Assembly (NCBI GenBank): GCA_963664115.2
Contig: CAXWPJ010000002.1
Span: 832,001 to 896,000, forward strand
Source: Terriglobia bacterium
Lineage (GTDB): Bacteria; Acidobacteriota; Terriglobia; 20CM-2-55-15
Length of the DNA: 64,000 nt
Reading direction: 5' to 3'
The notes below the pieces were generated by a model that had not been told where the DNA came from, did not search any database, and was given only the letters and a program-made list of their open reading frames with translations. Below are positions 38,986 to 47,197 of this stretch, piece after piece; position 1 is the stretch's first letter; every line of letters starts with the position of its first letter. A program made the position numbers and the translations under genes.

Positions 38986-41157
38986 ATGACGACTCACGTC
39001 AGCCCCGCACCAACCACGGACAATGAAGACCCGATACCGTGGATTGCTACGCACTGTCCCTACTGTGCATTGCAGTGTGGGATGCACTTAGGCGCGGCCG
39101 GGCCCGGCCCGGAGATTCGCGGGAACGATCATTTCCCAGTCAACAATGGAGCGCTTTGCATTAAAGGATGGACCGCCGCAGAGACCCTGGCCCACCCCGA
39201 CAGGCTCAAAACCCCTCTGGCCCGGAATCGTCAGGGCGACCTTGTACCCGTTTCCTGGGAGAACGCTCTGGGCCTTGTGGTTGAAGCAATCCGTGACACG
39301 CAGAGACGATACGGACCTGATGCTGTGGGCATCTTGGGCGGCGGCTCGCTGACCAATGAGAAGGCCTATCTTCTTGGGAAATTTGCCCGCGTGGGGCTGG
39401 GAACCGCCAATATTGATTATAACGGACGTTTTTCTTCCGCTGCTGCGGCGTCAAATCGCGCCTTTGGCATTGACCGCGGTCTTCCGTTTCCCGTTCAGGA
39501 CATCGCCAAAGCCGACGTTATCCTTTTGGCCGGTTCGAATCTGGCCGAGACGATGCCGCCGATCATGCAGTATTTCGAGGCGCAGCTGGGCAACGGTGGC
39601 CGACTGATCGTTTCCGATCCCCGCAAAACGCCGACGGCTGAAACGGCAACGCTGCATCTGAAGAACGTTCCCGGAACCGACGCGGCTCTTGCAAACGGCC
39701 TGCTGCATCTCCTGATTCGGAATCGAACGATCGACGTTGGTTATATCGAAGACCGCACCGAAGGCTTCGACGATGTGAAGGCGTCGGTGGCGGCTTACTG
39801 GCCCGAGCATGTCGAGCGCGTCACCGGAGTCCCCGAAGCACATCTCATTGAAGCTGCCGACATGTTGGGTTCAGCCGGGACTGTGATGGTACTGACAGGC
39901 CGCGGGATCGAGCAGCAGTCTCAGGGCGTGAACAACACGCTGGCGTTTATTAACATCGCCTTGGCTTTGGGACAGGTCGGAAAACCCAACGGTGGCTACG
40001 GGTGTCTCACCGGTCAGGGTAACGGGCAGGGTGGACGCGAGCACGGTCAAAAAGCTGACCAACTTCCCGGCTATCGCAACATCAGCGATCCCACAGCCCG
40101 ACGGCACATGGCGTCGGTGTGGGGCGTTGCCGAGGACACGATTCCCGGTGCGGGTGTCTCCGCCTACGAAATGTTGGACCAGGCCGGAACTGATGACGGG
40201 GTGCGGATGCTGATGGTCATCGGCACCAATCCTGCAGTGTCCGCACCAAACGGCCTGCACGTGGAAGAGCGCCTGAAGTCTCTCAACTTCATGGCCGTCT
40301 CCGATTTCTTTGTTTCCGAGACTGCGTCAATGGCGAACGTCGTGCTCCCCACCACTCAGTGGGCTGAAGAAGAAGGAACGATGACCAACCTCGAAGGGCG
40401 CGTCATCTTACGGCAGCAAGGGGCACGAGTTCCCGACGGTGTGTTGAGCGACACCGACATTGTTTGCGAACTGGCACGCAGGTTGGGTAAGGGCCGCTAC
40501 TTTGAATACACCGATACCGAAGCTATCTTCTCCGAATTGCGGCGCGCCAGTTCCGGGGGTATCGCTGACTACAGCGGCATCACTTACGAGAAGATTCGAA
40601 TTAATGCAGGCATCTACTGGCCATGCCCTTCCGAGAGTCATCCCGGAACGCCTCGGCTCTTCGGAAACGCGGTCGTCGACGGTGACAGTTTCCTACCGCC
40701 TCCGGGATTCTTCACGGTTTCCGGCCGCGCCCGCTTTCACGCCATACGCCACCGCTCTCCGGCCGAAGTGCCAGATGCGGAGTACCCCATTTACCTGACG
40801 ACCGGCCGCGTGATGGCGCACTACCAGAGCGGCACCCAGACCCGTCGCCAGACCCGGCTTGTGGAAATGGAGCCTGTGGCAACACTCGAACTCCATCCCA
40901 TTCTCGCCCTTCGCTATCACATATCGGATGGTGAAAGGGTCCAGGTCGCAACGCGTCGGGGTTGTGCGACGTTCCGCGCAAAGCTGTCGACCGCGATCCG
41001 AGAAGATACGATCTTCGCACCCTTCCATTGGGCCGACACAGAGTCCGCGAACCGTCTGACCAATCCAGCGCTCGACCGCACGAGCCGCATGCCCGAATTC
41101 AAAATCTGTGCCGCTCGTATCGAGGGGCTTCCGGAAAGGACCGATCATGAAGCCTAA
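38986..41157 (+). CDS. nasA: Assimilatory nitrate reductase catalytic subunit (NasA/NasC-type), missing the canonical Mo-ligand Cys-Met
   Basis: THCPYCALQCG...LCIKG [4Fe-4S]; LTNEKAYLLGKFAR; TGQGNGQGGREHGQKADQLPG; LTTGR; MPEFK; first gene before nirBD-narK. Confidence 0.9.
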   Translation: MTTHVSPAPTTDNEDPIPWIATHCPYCALQCGMHLGAAGPGPEIRGNDHFPVNNGALCIKGWTAAETLAHPDRLKTPLARNRQGDLVPVSWENALGLVVEAIRDTQRRYGPDAVGILGGGSLTNEKAYLLGKFARVGLGTANIDYNGRFSSAAAASNRAFGIDRGLPFPVQDIAKADVILLAGSNLAETMPPIMQYFEAQLGNGGRLIVSDPRKTPTAETATLHLKNVPGTDAALANGLLHLLIRNRTIDVGYIEDRTEGFDDVKASVAAYWPEHVERVTGVPEAHLIEAADMLGSAGTVMVLTGRGIEQQSQGVNNTLAFINIALALGQVGKPNGGYGCLTGQGNGQGGREHGQKADQLPGYRNISDPTARRHMASVWGVAEDTIPGAGVSAYEMLDQAGTDDGVRMLMVIGTNPAVSAPNGLHVEERLKSLNFMAVSDFFVSETASMANVVLPTTQWAEEEGTMTNLEGRVILRQQGARVPDGVLSDTDIVCELARRLGKGRYFEYTDTEAIFSELRRASSGGIADYSGITYEKIRINAGIYWPCPSESHPGTPRLFGNAVVDGDSFLPPPGFFTVSGRARFHAIRHRSPAEVPDAEYPIYLTTGRVMAHYQSGTQTRRQTRLVEMEPVATLELHPILALRYHISDGERVQVATRRGCATFRAKLSTAIREDTIFAPFHWADTESANRLTNPALDRTSRMPEFKICAARIEGLPERTDHEA

Positions 41158-43609
41158 AGAAAGAGTCGTCGTAATCGGAAACGGAATGGGGGGGGCGCGA
41201 TTTGTGGAGGAACTTCTCGCCTGTAACGGTGACGCACGCTACGACATCGTCATGTTCGGCGACGAGCCTTACGGTAACTACAACCGAATCCTGCTTTCGA
41301 ACGTTCTCGCGGGCACGCACGAGCCCAAGGACATTTTCATGAATCCGCTTCGATGGTACGCGGAAAACAACATCCGGTTGCATGCCGGAGTCCGTGTGGA
41401 GTCGATAGCCAGGGAATCGAAAACAGTGTCTGGAGCCGGCGGAATCGAGGAAGCATACGATCACCTCGTGTTTGCTACCGGTTCGCGACCGTTCATTCCG
41501 CCAACACAGGGGATAGCCAGCGATACCGGTGTGTTCAAAGAGGGTGTCTTTGTCTTCCGGACCCTGGACGACTCTCTGGAAATAATGAAGTTCGCCAAGA
41601 CGGCAAAGAGGGCCGTCGTGATTGGTGGTGGTTTGCTCGGATTGGAAGCGGCTCGCGGTCTCCTGAACCTCGGTCTTGAAGTGCACGTGGTCGAACTTGC
41701 TCCCCACCCCATGGCGGTTCAGCTGGATGCCGGGGCCGGCGCCATACTGACACGAACTCTTGAGGAAATCGGAATTCATGTTCACGCCGGGATCTCGGTC
41801 AGCATGGCTCTGGGTGATGGACACGTTGAAGGCGTGGTTCTCAGCGACGGCAACGTTGAACCCTGCGACATGCTGGTGATCAGTGCCGGCATCCGGTCAA
41901 ACACGCAACTCGCCGCTCGGGCGGACCTCGCAGTCGAACGTGGAATCGTAGTGGGTGACGACCTGGCTTCGGTGACGGACCCTGCGATTTACGCGATTGG
42001 CGAGTGTGCCCAGCACCGGGGAAAGACCTATGGACTCGTCGCTCCGACCTGGGAACAGGCGGCAATCCTGGCCGCCCGTCTCGGCGGATCGAATCCGACG
42101 GCCACATACGAAGGCTCCTCTACCTCCACCAAGTTGAAAGTCATGGGAGTGGATCTGCTGGCCATTGGAGAAAAAGAGGCCGCCAGCGAAAGCGATGAGG
42201 TCCTTACGTTTTCGAACCCCACCGCCGGGGTATACAAGAAGGTCGTTGTCCGGGACGGAAAGCTCGTCGGCGCGATTCTTCTGGGTGACTCTCTCGGCAG
42301 TCCACGGCTTCTGGAGGCGTTTCACCGCGCGGGTGAACTTCCCGAAGAGCGGGCCGATCTGCTGTTTCCAGCCGCGGCTGAAACTCCTGGGATTGCTAAG
42401 GTCGAGGATGTGCCCGATTCGTTCCAGATTTGTAACTGCAACGGTGTGTCTAAAGGCGCGATCCTGGAGGCTGTCAAGTCTGGCCACAACTCCCTCGGTG
42501 CGGTCTGCGATACCACCAAAGCCGGAACCGGATGCGGTTCTTGCAAGACGCAGGTGCAGGCTCTTCTCGAAGCGGCATCGGACGCTCCCCTTACGGAAGA
42601 CCCTTCGGTTCATTACTACGTTCCAGCCATTGCTCTCGGTAAGCCCGATTTGATTCAAGCCATCAGAAAAGGAAACCTCCGGAGTGTATCTGCCGTTCTA
42701 GATGCGCTTGCCGGGGGTGGAGGTGATGCCAAGAGCAAGATTGGACTGGCATCGTTGCTGAAGATCGTCTGGGGTACCGGATACGACGACGAACGTGATG
42801 CGCGTTTTATCAACGATCGTGTCCACGCAAACATTCAGAACGACGGGATGTTCAGTGTAGTCCCGAGAATCCTGGGTGGCGTCGTCACGCCCAGCCAGCT
42901 CCGGACCATTGCCGACGTTGCCGAAAAGTATGCGGTCCCCATGGTGAAGATCACCGGCGGACAACGCATCGACCTGCTCGGCGTTTCGAAGGCGCAGCTC
43001 CCCGACGTTTGGCGAGACCTGGGCATGCGGTCGGGTCATGCGTATACGAAGGCAGTTCGAACCGTGAAAACGTGTGTGGGCGAGGAGTTTTGCCGCTTCG
43101 GCCTTGGAAACAGCACGAAACTTGGGATAGAGATCGAAAGAAAGTTTCAGGGCATGGAGACACCCCACAAGGTCAAGATGGCGGCGTCGGCGTGTCCGCG
43201 CAACTGCGCCGAGTCGACGACCAAGGACCTGGGTGTGGTCGCCATCGAGGGAGGGCGCTGGGAGATCTATGTCGGTGGTGCGGCTGGCTCGAGCGTTCGC
43301 AAGGGCGATCTCCTGTGCGTCGTCGACAATCATGAGGATGTTTTGAAATATACGGGACGCTTTCTCCAGTACTACCGCGAAAACGCCAAATATCTGGAAC
43401 GGACTTATGGCTTTGTTGAAAGGATTGGCATCGAAGCACTGCGGCGGATTTTGATCAACGACGACGAGGCCATAGCAGAGCGCCTGGATCGGGATATCGA
43501 CGCGGCTGCCGCGGCCTACACCGACCCATGGGCCGAAGGCGCGGATCCGGTTCACCCCCTGCAGTTTTCTGAAGAGCTGGTATCCATCGAAGCGGGGGTG
43601 GCCTTATGA
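41147..43609 (+). CDS. nirB: NAD(P)H-dependent siroheme nitrite reductase large subunit
   Basis: VIGNGMGG, YNRILLS, GGGLLGLEAA, CNCNGV/CGSC, KTCVGEEFCRFG, SACPRNCAE; SD AAGGA before ATG 41147. Confidence 0.95.
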   Translation: MKPKERVVVIGNGMGGARFVEELLACNGDARYDIVMFGDEPYGNYNRILLSNVLAGTHEPKDIFMNPLRWYAENNIRLHAGVRVESIARESKTVSGAGGIEEAYDHLVFATGSRPFIPPTQGIASDTGVFKEGVFVFRTLDDSLEIMKFAKTAKRAVVIGGGLLGLEAARGLLNLGLEVHVVELAPHPMAVQLDAGAGAILTRTLEEIGIHVHAGISVSMALGDGHVEGVVLSDGNVEPCDMLVISAGIRSNTQLAARADLAVERGIVVGDDLASVTDPAIYAIGECAQHRGKTYGLVAPTWEQAAILAARLGGSNPTATYEGSSTSTKLKVMGVDLLAIGEKEAASESDEVLTFSNPTAGVYKKVVVRDGKLVGAILLGDSLGSPRLLEAFHRAGELPEERADLLFPAAAETPGIAKVEDVPDSFQICNCNGVSKGAILEAVKSGHNSLGAVCDTTKAGTGCGSCKTQVQALLEAASDAPLTEDPSVHYYVPAIALGKPDLIQAIRKGNLRSVSAVLDALAGGGGDAKSKIGLASLLKIVWGTGYDDERDARFINDRVHANIQNDGMFSVVPRILGGVVTPSQLRTIADVAEKYAVPMVKITGGQRIDLLGVSKAQLPDVWRDLGMRSGHAYTKAVRTVKTCVGEEFCRFGLGNSTKLGIEIERKFQGMETPHKVKMAASACPRNCAESTTKDLGVVAIEGGRWEIYVGGAAGSSVRKGDLLCVVDNHEDVLKYTGRFLQYYRENAKYLERTYGFVERIGIEALRRILINDDEAIAERLDRDIDAAAAAYTDPWAEGADPVHPLQFSEELVSIEAGVAL

Positions 43610-43944
43610 AAATAACGGCGCCAACGCCTGGAAACTTGGTCCTCAACCTCGGACCTGCCGCGCGGATTCCGCCGGGTGAAGGCCGGTCTGTTCGGTTTGG
43701 CGATCTGTCGATTGCCGTCTTTCGAGTGCGTAACGGTGACGTGTTCGTGACGGATGCCAGATGTCCCCACAAGAGTGGACCCCTCGCCGACGGAACCATC
43801 GGCAACCGGACCATCGTCTGCCCGCTCCACGCCTGTGGCTTCGACCTGGAAACAGGGGCGGGGGTTGGACACGGTTGCGGCCGAGTGAAGTCATTCCCTG
43901 TAGAGATCAACAACGACGGCGACATTTTGGTTGGCGTGGACTAG
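43606..43944 (+). CDS. nirD: Nitrite reductase small subunit (Rieske-type)
   Basis: IPPGEGR, RCPHKSGPLADG, VCPLH; ATGA overlap with nirB. Confidence 0.9.
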   Translation: MKITAPTPGNLVLNLGPAARIPPGEGRSVRFGDLSIAVFRVRNGDVFVTDARCPHKSGPLADGTIGNRTIVCPLHACGFDLETGAGVGHGCGRVKSFPVEINNDGDILVGVD

Positions 43945-43954
43945 AGACACCTCG

Positions 43955-45289
43955 GTGGATTTCAAGAACAAGGCGACGCGAATAGATTTGTTCGGCTTCG
44001 GTACGATCCCGATGCGGACTTTTCATATGACCTGGCTCGCGTTCTTTCTGTGTTTCTTCGGTTGGTTCGGCATTGCCCCGCTCATGGCCGTTGTCCGGGA
44101 AGACCTGAACCTGACGCGGGAGCAGGTCGGCAATACGGTCATCGCGTCCGTCTTGATAACGGTATTCGGCCGGATTTTTATGGGATGGCTGTGCGACAAG
44201 ATCGGGCCTCGGAAAGCGTACACCTACCTTCTGGTGTTGGGATCGATTCCCGTTATGGGCATTGGGTTGTCCAATAGCTACGAATCGTTTTTGTTGTTCC
44301 GCCTCGCAATTGGCGCGATTGGAGCATCGTTTGTGATCACCCAGTACCACACGTCGGTAATGTTTGCACCAAATGTCGTGGGCACAGCCAACGCGACGAC
44401 CGCCGGATGGGGCAACCTCGGGGCCGGCTTCACGCAAGCGCTTATGCCGCTGATCCTGTCGATAACCCTGACGTTTGTGGCGGCAGAATCTGCCGGCTGG
44501 CGGATTGCAATGATAATTCCGGGCATGACGCTCCTCATCGCCGCAGTCTTCTACTGGAAGCTCACATCGGATTCACCCGATGGAAACTACGCCGACCTGC
44601 GGGCACGCAAGCGAATGGCGCCTTCGAGCTCAGCCAACAGTACCTTTTGGCAAGCTGCAAGGGACACTCGTGTTTGGGCACTGTTTGCGATCTACGGAGC
44701 GTGTTTCGGAGTCGAGCTGACAATGAGCAACATCGCGGCCCTCTATTATTTTGACTACTTCGGCCTGAGCCTCCAGAACGCCGGACTCGTCGCCGCACTG
44801 TTCGGCGGGATGAACATCTTCACGCGGACGCTGGGTGGATTTATCGGAGACAAGTGTGGCGGCCGCTGGGGCTTGAAGGGGCGCGTTCGATTCATGGGCG
44901 TCATTCTCTTCATGGAAGGTTTGGCGCTAATCCTGTTCTCTCGAATGACATTGCTTCCGCTGGCAGTGGGCGCCATGGTCTTGACGGCCCTCTGTGTACA
45001 GATGTCGAATGGCGCAACATACTCGGTCGTACCTTTCGTCAACAAGCGCGCTCTGGGTTCGGTCGCCGGTATAGTCGGTGCGGGAGGCAACGCGGGCGCG
45101 GTGGCCGCAGGATTCCTGTTCCGGAACCCGAATCTGGCCTGGCCGACGGCCATGCTGATTCTGGGCGCCAGCGTCGCCCTTGTTTCGACGCTGTCGCTGT
45201 GGGTACGATTCAGCGAAGCAGATGAAGTGGCTGTCCGGAAGGAAATAGCAGCGCGGCTCGATATCGTTTCGGCAGGTGCAGAGGCGTAA
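43955..45289 (+). CDS. narK: NarK/NRT2 family nitrate/nitrite MFS transporter
   Basis: MRTFHMTWLAFFLCFFGWF, GTANATTAGWGNLG, YGACFGVEL, GIVGAGGNAG; GTG start inferred. Confidence 0.93.
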   Translation: MDFKNKATRIDLFGFGTIPMRTFHMTWLAFFLCFFGWFGIAPLMAVVREDLNLTREQVGNTVIASVLITVFGRIFMGWLCDKIGPRKAYTYLLVLGSIPVMGIGLSNSYESFLLFRLAIGAIGASFVITQYHTSVMFAPNVVGTANATTAGWGNLGAGFTQALMPLILSITLTFVAAESAGWRIAMIIPGMTLLIAAVFYWKLTSDSPDGNYADLRARKRMAPSSSANSTFWQAARDTRVWALFAIYGACFGVELTMSNIAALYYFDYFGLSLQNAGLVAALFGGMNIFTRTLGGFIGDKCGGRWGLKGRVRFMGVILFMEGLALILFSRMTLLPLAVGAMVLTALCVQMSNGATYSVVPFVNKRALGSVAGIVGAGGNAGAVAAGFLFRNPNLAWPTAMLILGASVALVSTLSLWVRFSEADEVAVRKEIAARLDIVSAGAEA

Positions 45290-45339
45290 TGCCCTGGACA
45301 GATCGCCGCCGCGGATTCTAGGCGAGCGAATAGATGGCG

Positions 45340-45369
45340 TTGACAACGTTCGGGCATCGACCGGATAAT
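45340..45369 (+). promoter_or_regulatory. Sigma70-type promoter upstream of the NifA-like activator
   Basis: TTGACA (45340-45345), 18 nt, GATAAT (45364-45369). Confidence 0.6.
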
Positions 45370-45417
45370 GTAAGTCGTTTATTGAGAGGGTTGGTGTGAC
45401 AGCGGTGGTCGCACTAC

Positions 45418-45454
45418 TTGGCATCGGGGCCGGCTCTCTCGGACATTGTCGTCC
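45418..45454 (+). promoter_or_regulatory. ANTAR-target dual hexaloop RNA motif
   Basis: GGC-ATCGGG-GCC and GGAC-ATTGTC-GTCC: two short stems with 6-nt loops having A1 and G4, 9-nt linker; second stem overlaps terminator. Confidence 0.72.
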
Positions 45455-45495
45455 ATGGTGCGTAGTTTCTTGACGCGCCCTGGGCGTTTTTTTTT
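45450..45495 (+). terminator. Intrinsic terminator/attenuator before the NifA-like gene
   Basis: CGTCCATGGTGCGT-loop-ACGCGCCCTGGGCG stem followed by T9. Confidence 0.8.
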
Positions 45496-45506
45496 GCTGT
45501 TTTCGT

Positions 45507-47084
45507 ATGCGGGATCAGGATTTGAGTACACGTTTGTCGGACGGTAGAACGATGGGTCGATCGGGCGCTGAACAGCTCGAAGCGCTCGTCGAGATTGGAG
45601 ATGCGCTTTCTGCGGCGCTGTCCCCGGCGAGGGCTTTCGAGGGTGTTCTGGAGGTTCTGGAACGCAGGCGAGGCGCCATGCGTGGCGCGGTCACGCTCTT
45701 AAACAGTAAGTCCGGCGAGATTCAGATTGAGGCCTCAAGTGGCCTGAGTGCCGCAGGGAGGGCGGCGCGATACCGGCTGGGCGAGGGGATCATGGGACGC
45801 GTGGTTGAAAGCGGGAAGCCTATCGTGGTTCCCCAAGTGAGTCGCGAGCCTACCTTTTTAAACCGGGCAGGTCAACGCCAGGATCTGCACAAGAAGGAAC
45901 TCACCTATCTGTGTGTCCCAATTTTCGTCAACGGACGTTCCGTTGGCGCGCTCGGTGTGGACCTGAAGTATGCCGAAAGCCGGGATTACGACTCAGAGTT
46001 GAACTGTCTTAAAGTGGCGGCGGCGATGATGGCTCAGGCGATCAAAGCCGATCACCTGGTCGATGAAGAGCGCCGTCGTTTGAAGGACGAGAATACTCAC
46101 CTGCTTGAGGAACTGAAAGAGAAATACGAATTCTCGGGGATCATTGGCACGACCGGCGCGATGCGCCAGGTGTATGAACAAGTGGCCCAGGTCGCGCATA
46201 CAAAAACCACGGTCGTGATTCGGGGAGAGTCCGGCACCGGCAAGGAACTGATCGCGCACGCGATTCACTACAACTCCCCTCGGGCGGAAAAGCCCTTCAT
46301 CAAAGTCAATTGCGCAGCTCTGCCTGAAACTTTGATCGAGTCCGAGTTATTTGGTTACGAGCGAGGCGCATTTACCGGCGCCTCCGCGCGCAAGAAGGGC
46401 CGCTTCGAACTTGCCGAGGGCGGCACACTTTTCCTGGACGAAATCGGTGAAATTAAAGTCGCAACACAGGTGAAACTGCTGCGGGCGCTGCAGGAACGGG
46501 AATTTGAGCGCCTGGGTGGTACCGAAACGATTCGGGTCAATGTCCGGCTCATTGCGGCGACGAATAAAGATCTTGAGCAGGCGATCGCAGACGGCACGTT
46601 CCGCGAAGATCTCTACTATCGGCTTAACGTTTTTTCAATCGCTGTGCCTCCCTTACGGGAACGTAAGACCGATCTGTTGTTGTTGGCGGATCACTTTCTG
46701 CAAAAATGTTCCAAGGACCACAAGAAAGGGATTCGCCGCATATCGACTGCGGCCATCGACATGTTCATGAGCTATCACTGGCCTGGAAACGTCAGGGAAT
46801 TGGAGAACGTGATCGAGCGCGCCGTTTTGGTTTGCGGCGACGGCGGCGTCATTCATGGCCATCACCTGCCGCCGACGCTGCAGACCGCGCAGGCTTCGGG
46901 AACAATGCCAAGTCTTTCGCTATCCGAAGCTGTGGAGGCCTATGAGAGGGACATTCTTCTGGATTCGCTGAAGTCGACGCAAGGAAACCGCGCTCAGGCC
47001 GCGCGGCTTCTCGGCACAACCGCCCGCATCCTCAACTACAAGGTTCGCAAATACGGAATCGACAACCGACGATTTGCCCGATAA
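45507..47084 (+). CDS. NifA-like GAF-AAA+-HTH sigma54 enhancer-binding protein
   Basis: GAF domain (YRLGEGIMGRV, FLNR, LCVPI); GESGTGKE, ESELFGYERGAFTGA, WPGNVRELEN; Fis-type HTH. Confidence 0.93.
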   Translation: MRDQDLSTRLSDGRTMGRSGAEQLEALVEIGDALSAALSPARAFEGVLEVLERRRGAMRGAVTLLNSKSGEIQIEASSGLSAAGRAARYRLGEGIMGRVVESGKPIVVPQVSREPTFLNRAGQRQDLHKKELTYLCVPIFVNGRSVGALGVDLKYAESRDYDSELNCLKVAAAMMAQAIKADHLVDEERRRLKDENTHLLEELKEKYEFSGIIGTTGAMRQVYEQVAQVAHTKTTVVIRGESGTGKELIAHAIHYNSPRAEKPFIKVNCAALPETLIESELFGYERGAFTGASARKKGRFELAEGGTLFLDEIGEIKVATQVKLLRALQEREFERLGGTETIRVNVRLIAATNKDLEQAIADGTFREDLYYRLNVFSIAVPPLRERKTDLLLLADHFLQKCSKDHKKGIRRISTAAIDMFMSYHWPGNVRELENVIERAVLVCGDGGVIHGHHLPPTLQTAQASGTMPSLSLSEAVEAYERDILLDSLKSTQGNRAQAARLLGTTARILNYKVRKYGIDNRRFAR

Positions 47085-47197
47085 TCGCCAGGCAGGCCAC
47101 TATTCCTCATCCATCGCCTTTCTGATTAGGATCCAGTGTCGTCTCGAAGGCGGTTGTGGGACCGGCGTTCACAATCCCGATTCAGACCGCCCGCACT

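Noticed and set aside
45507-47084. Nitrogen fixation inferred from a NifA-like gene
   Set aside because: No nif structural genes in the window; the adjacent sigma54 target is the nitrate/nitrite operon
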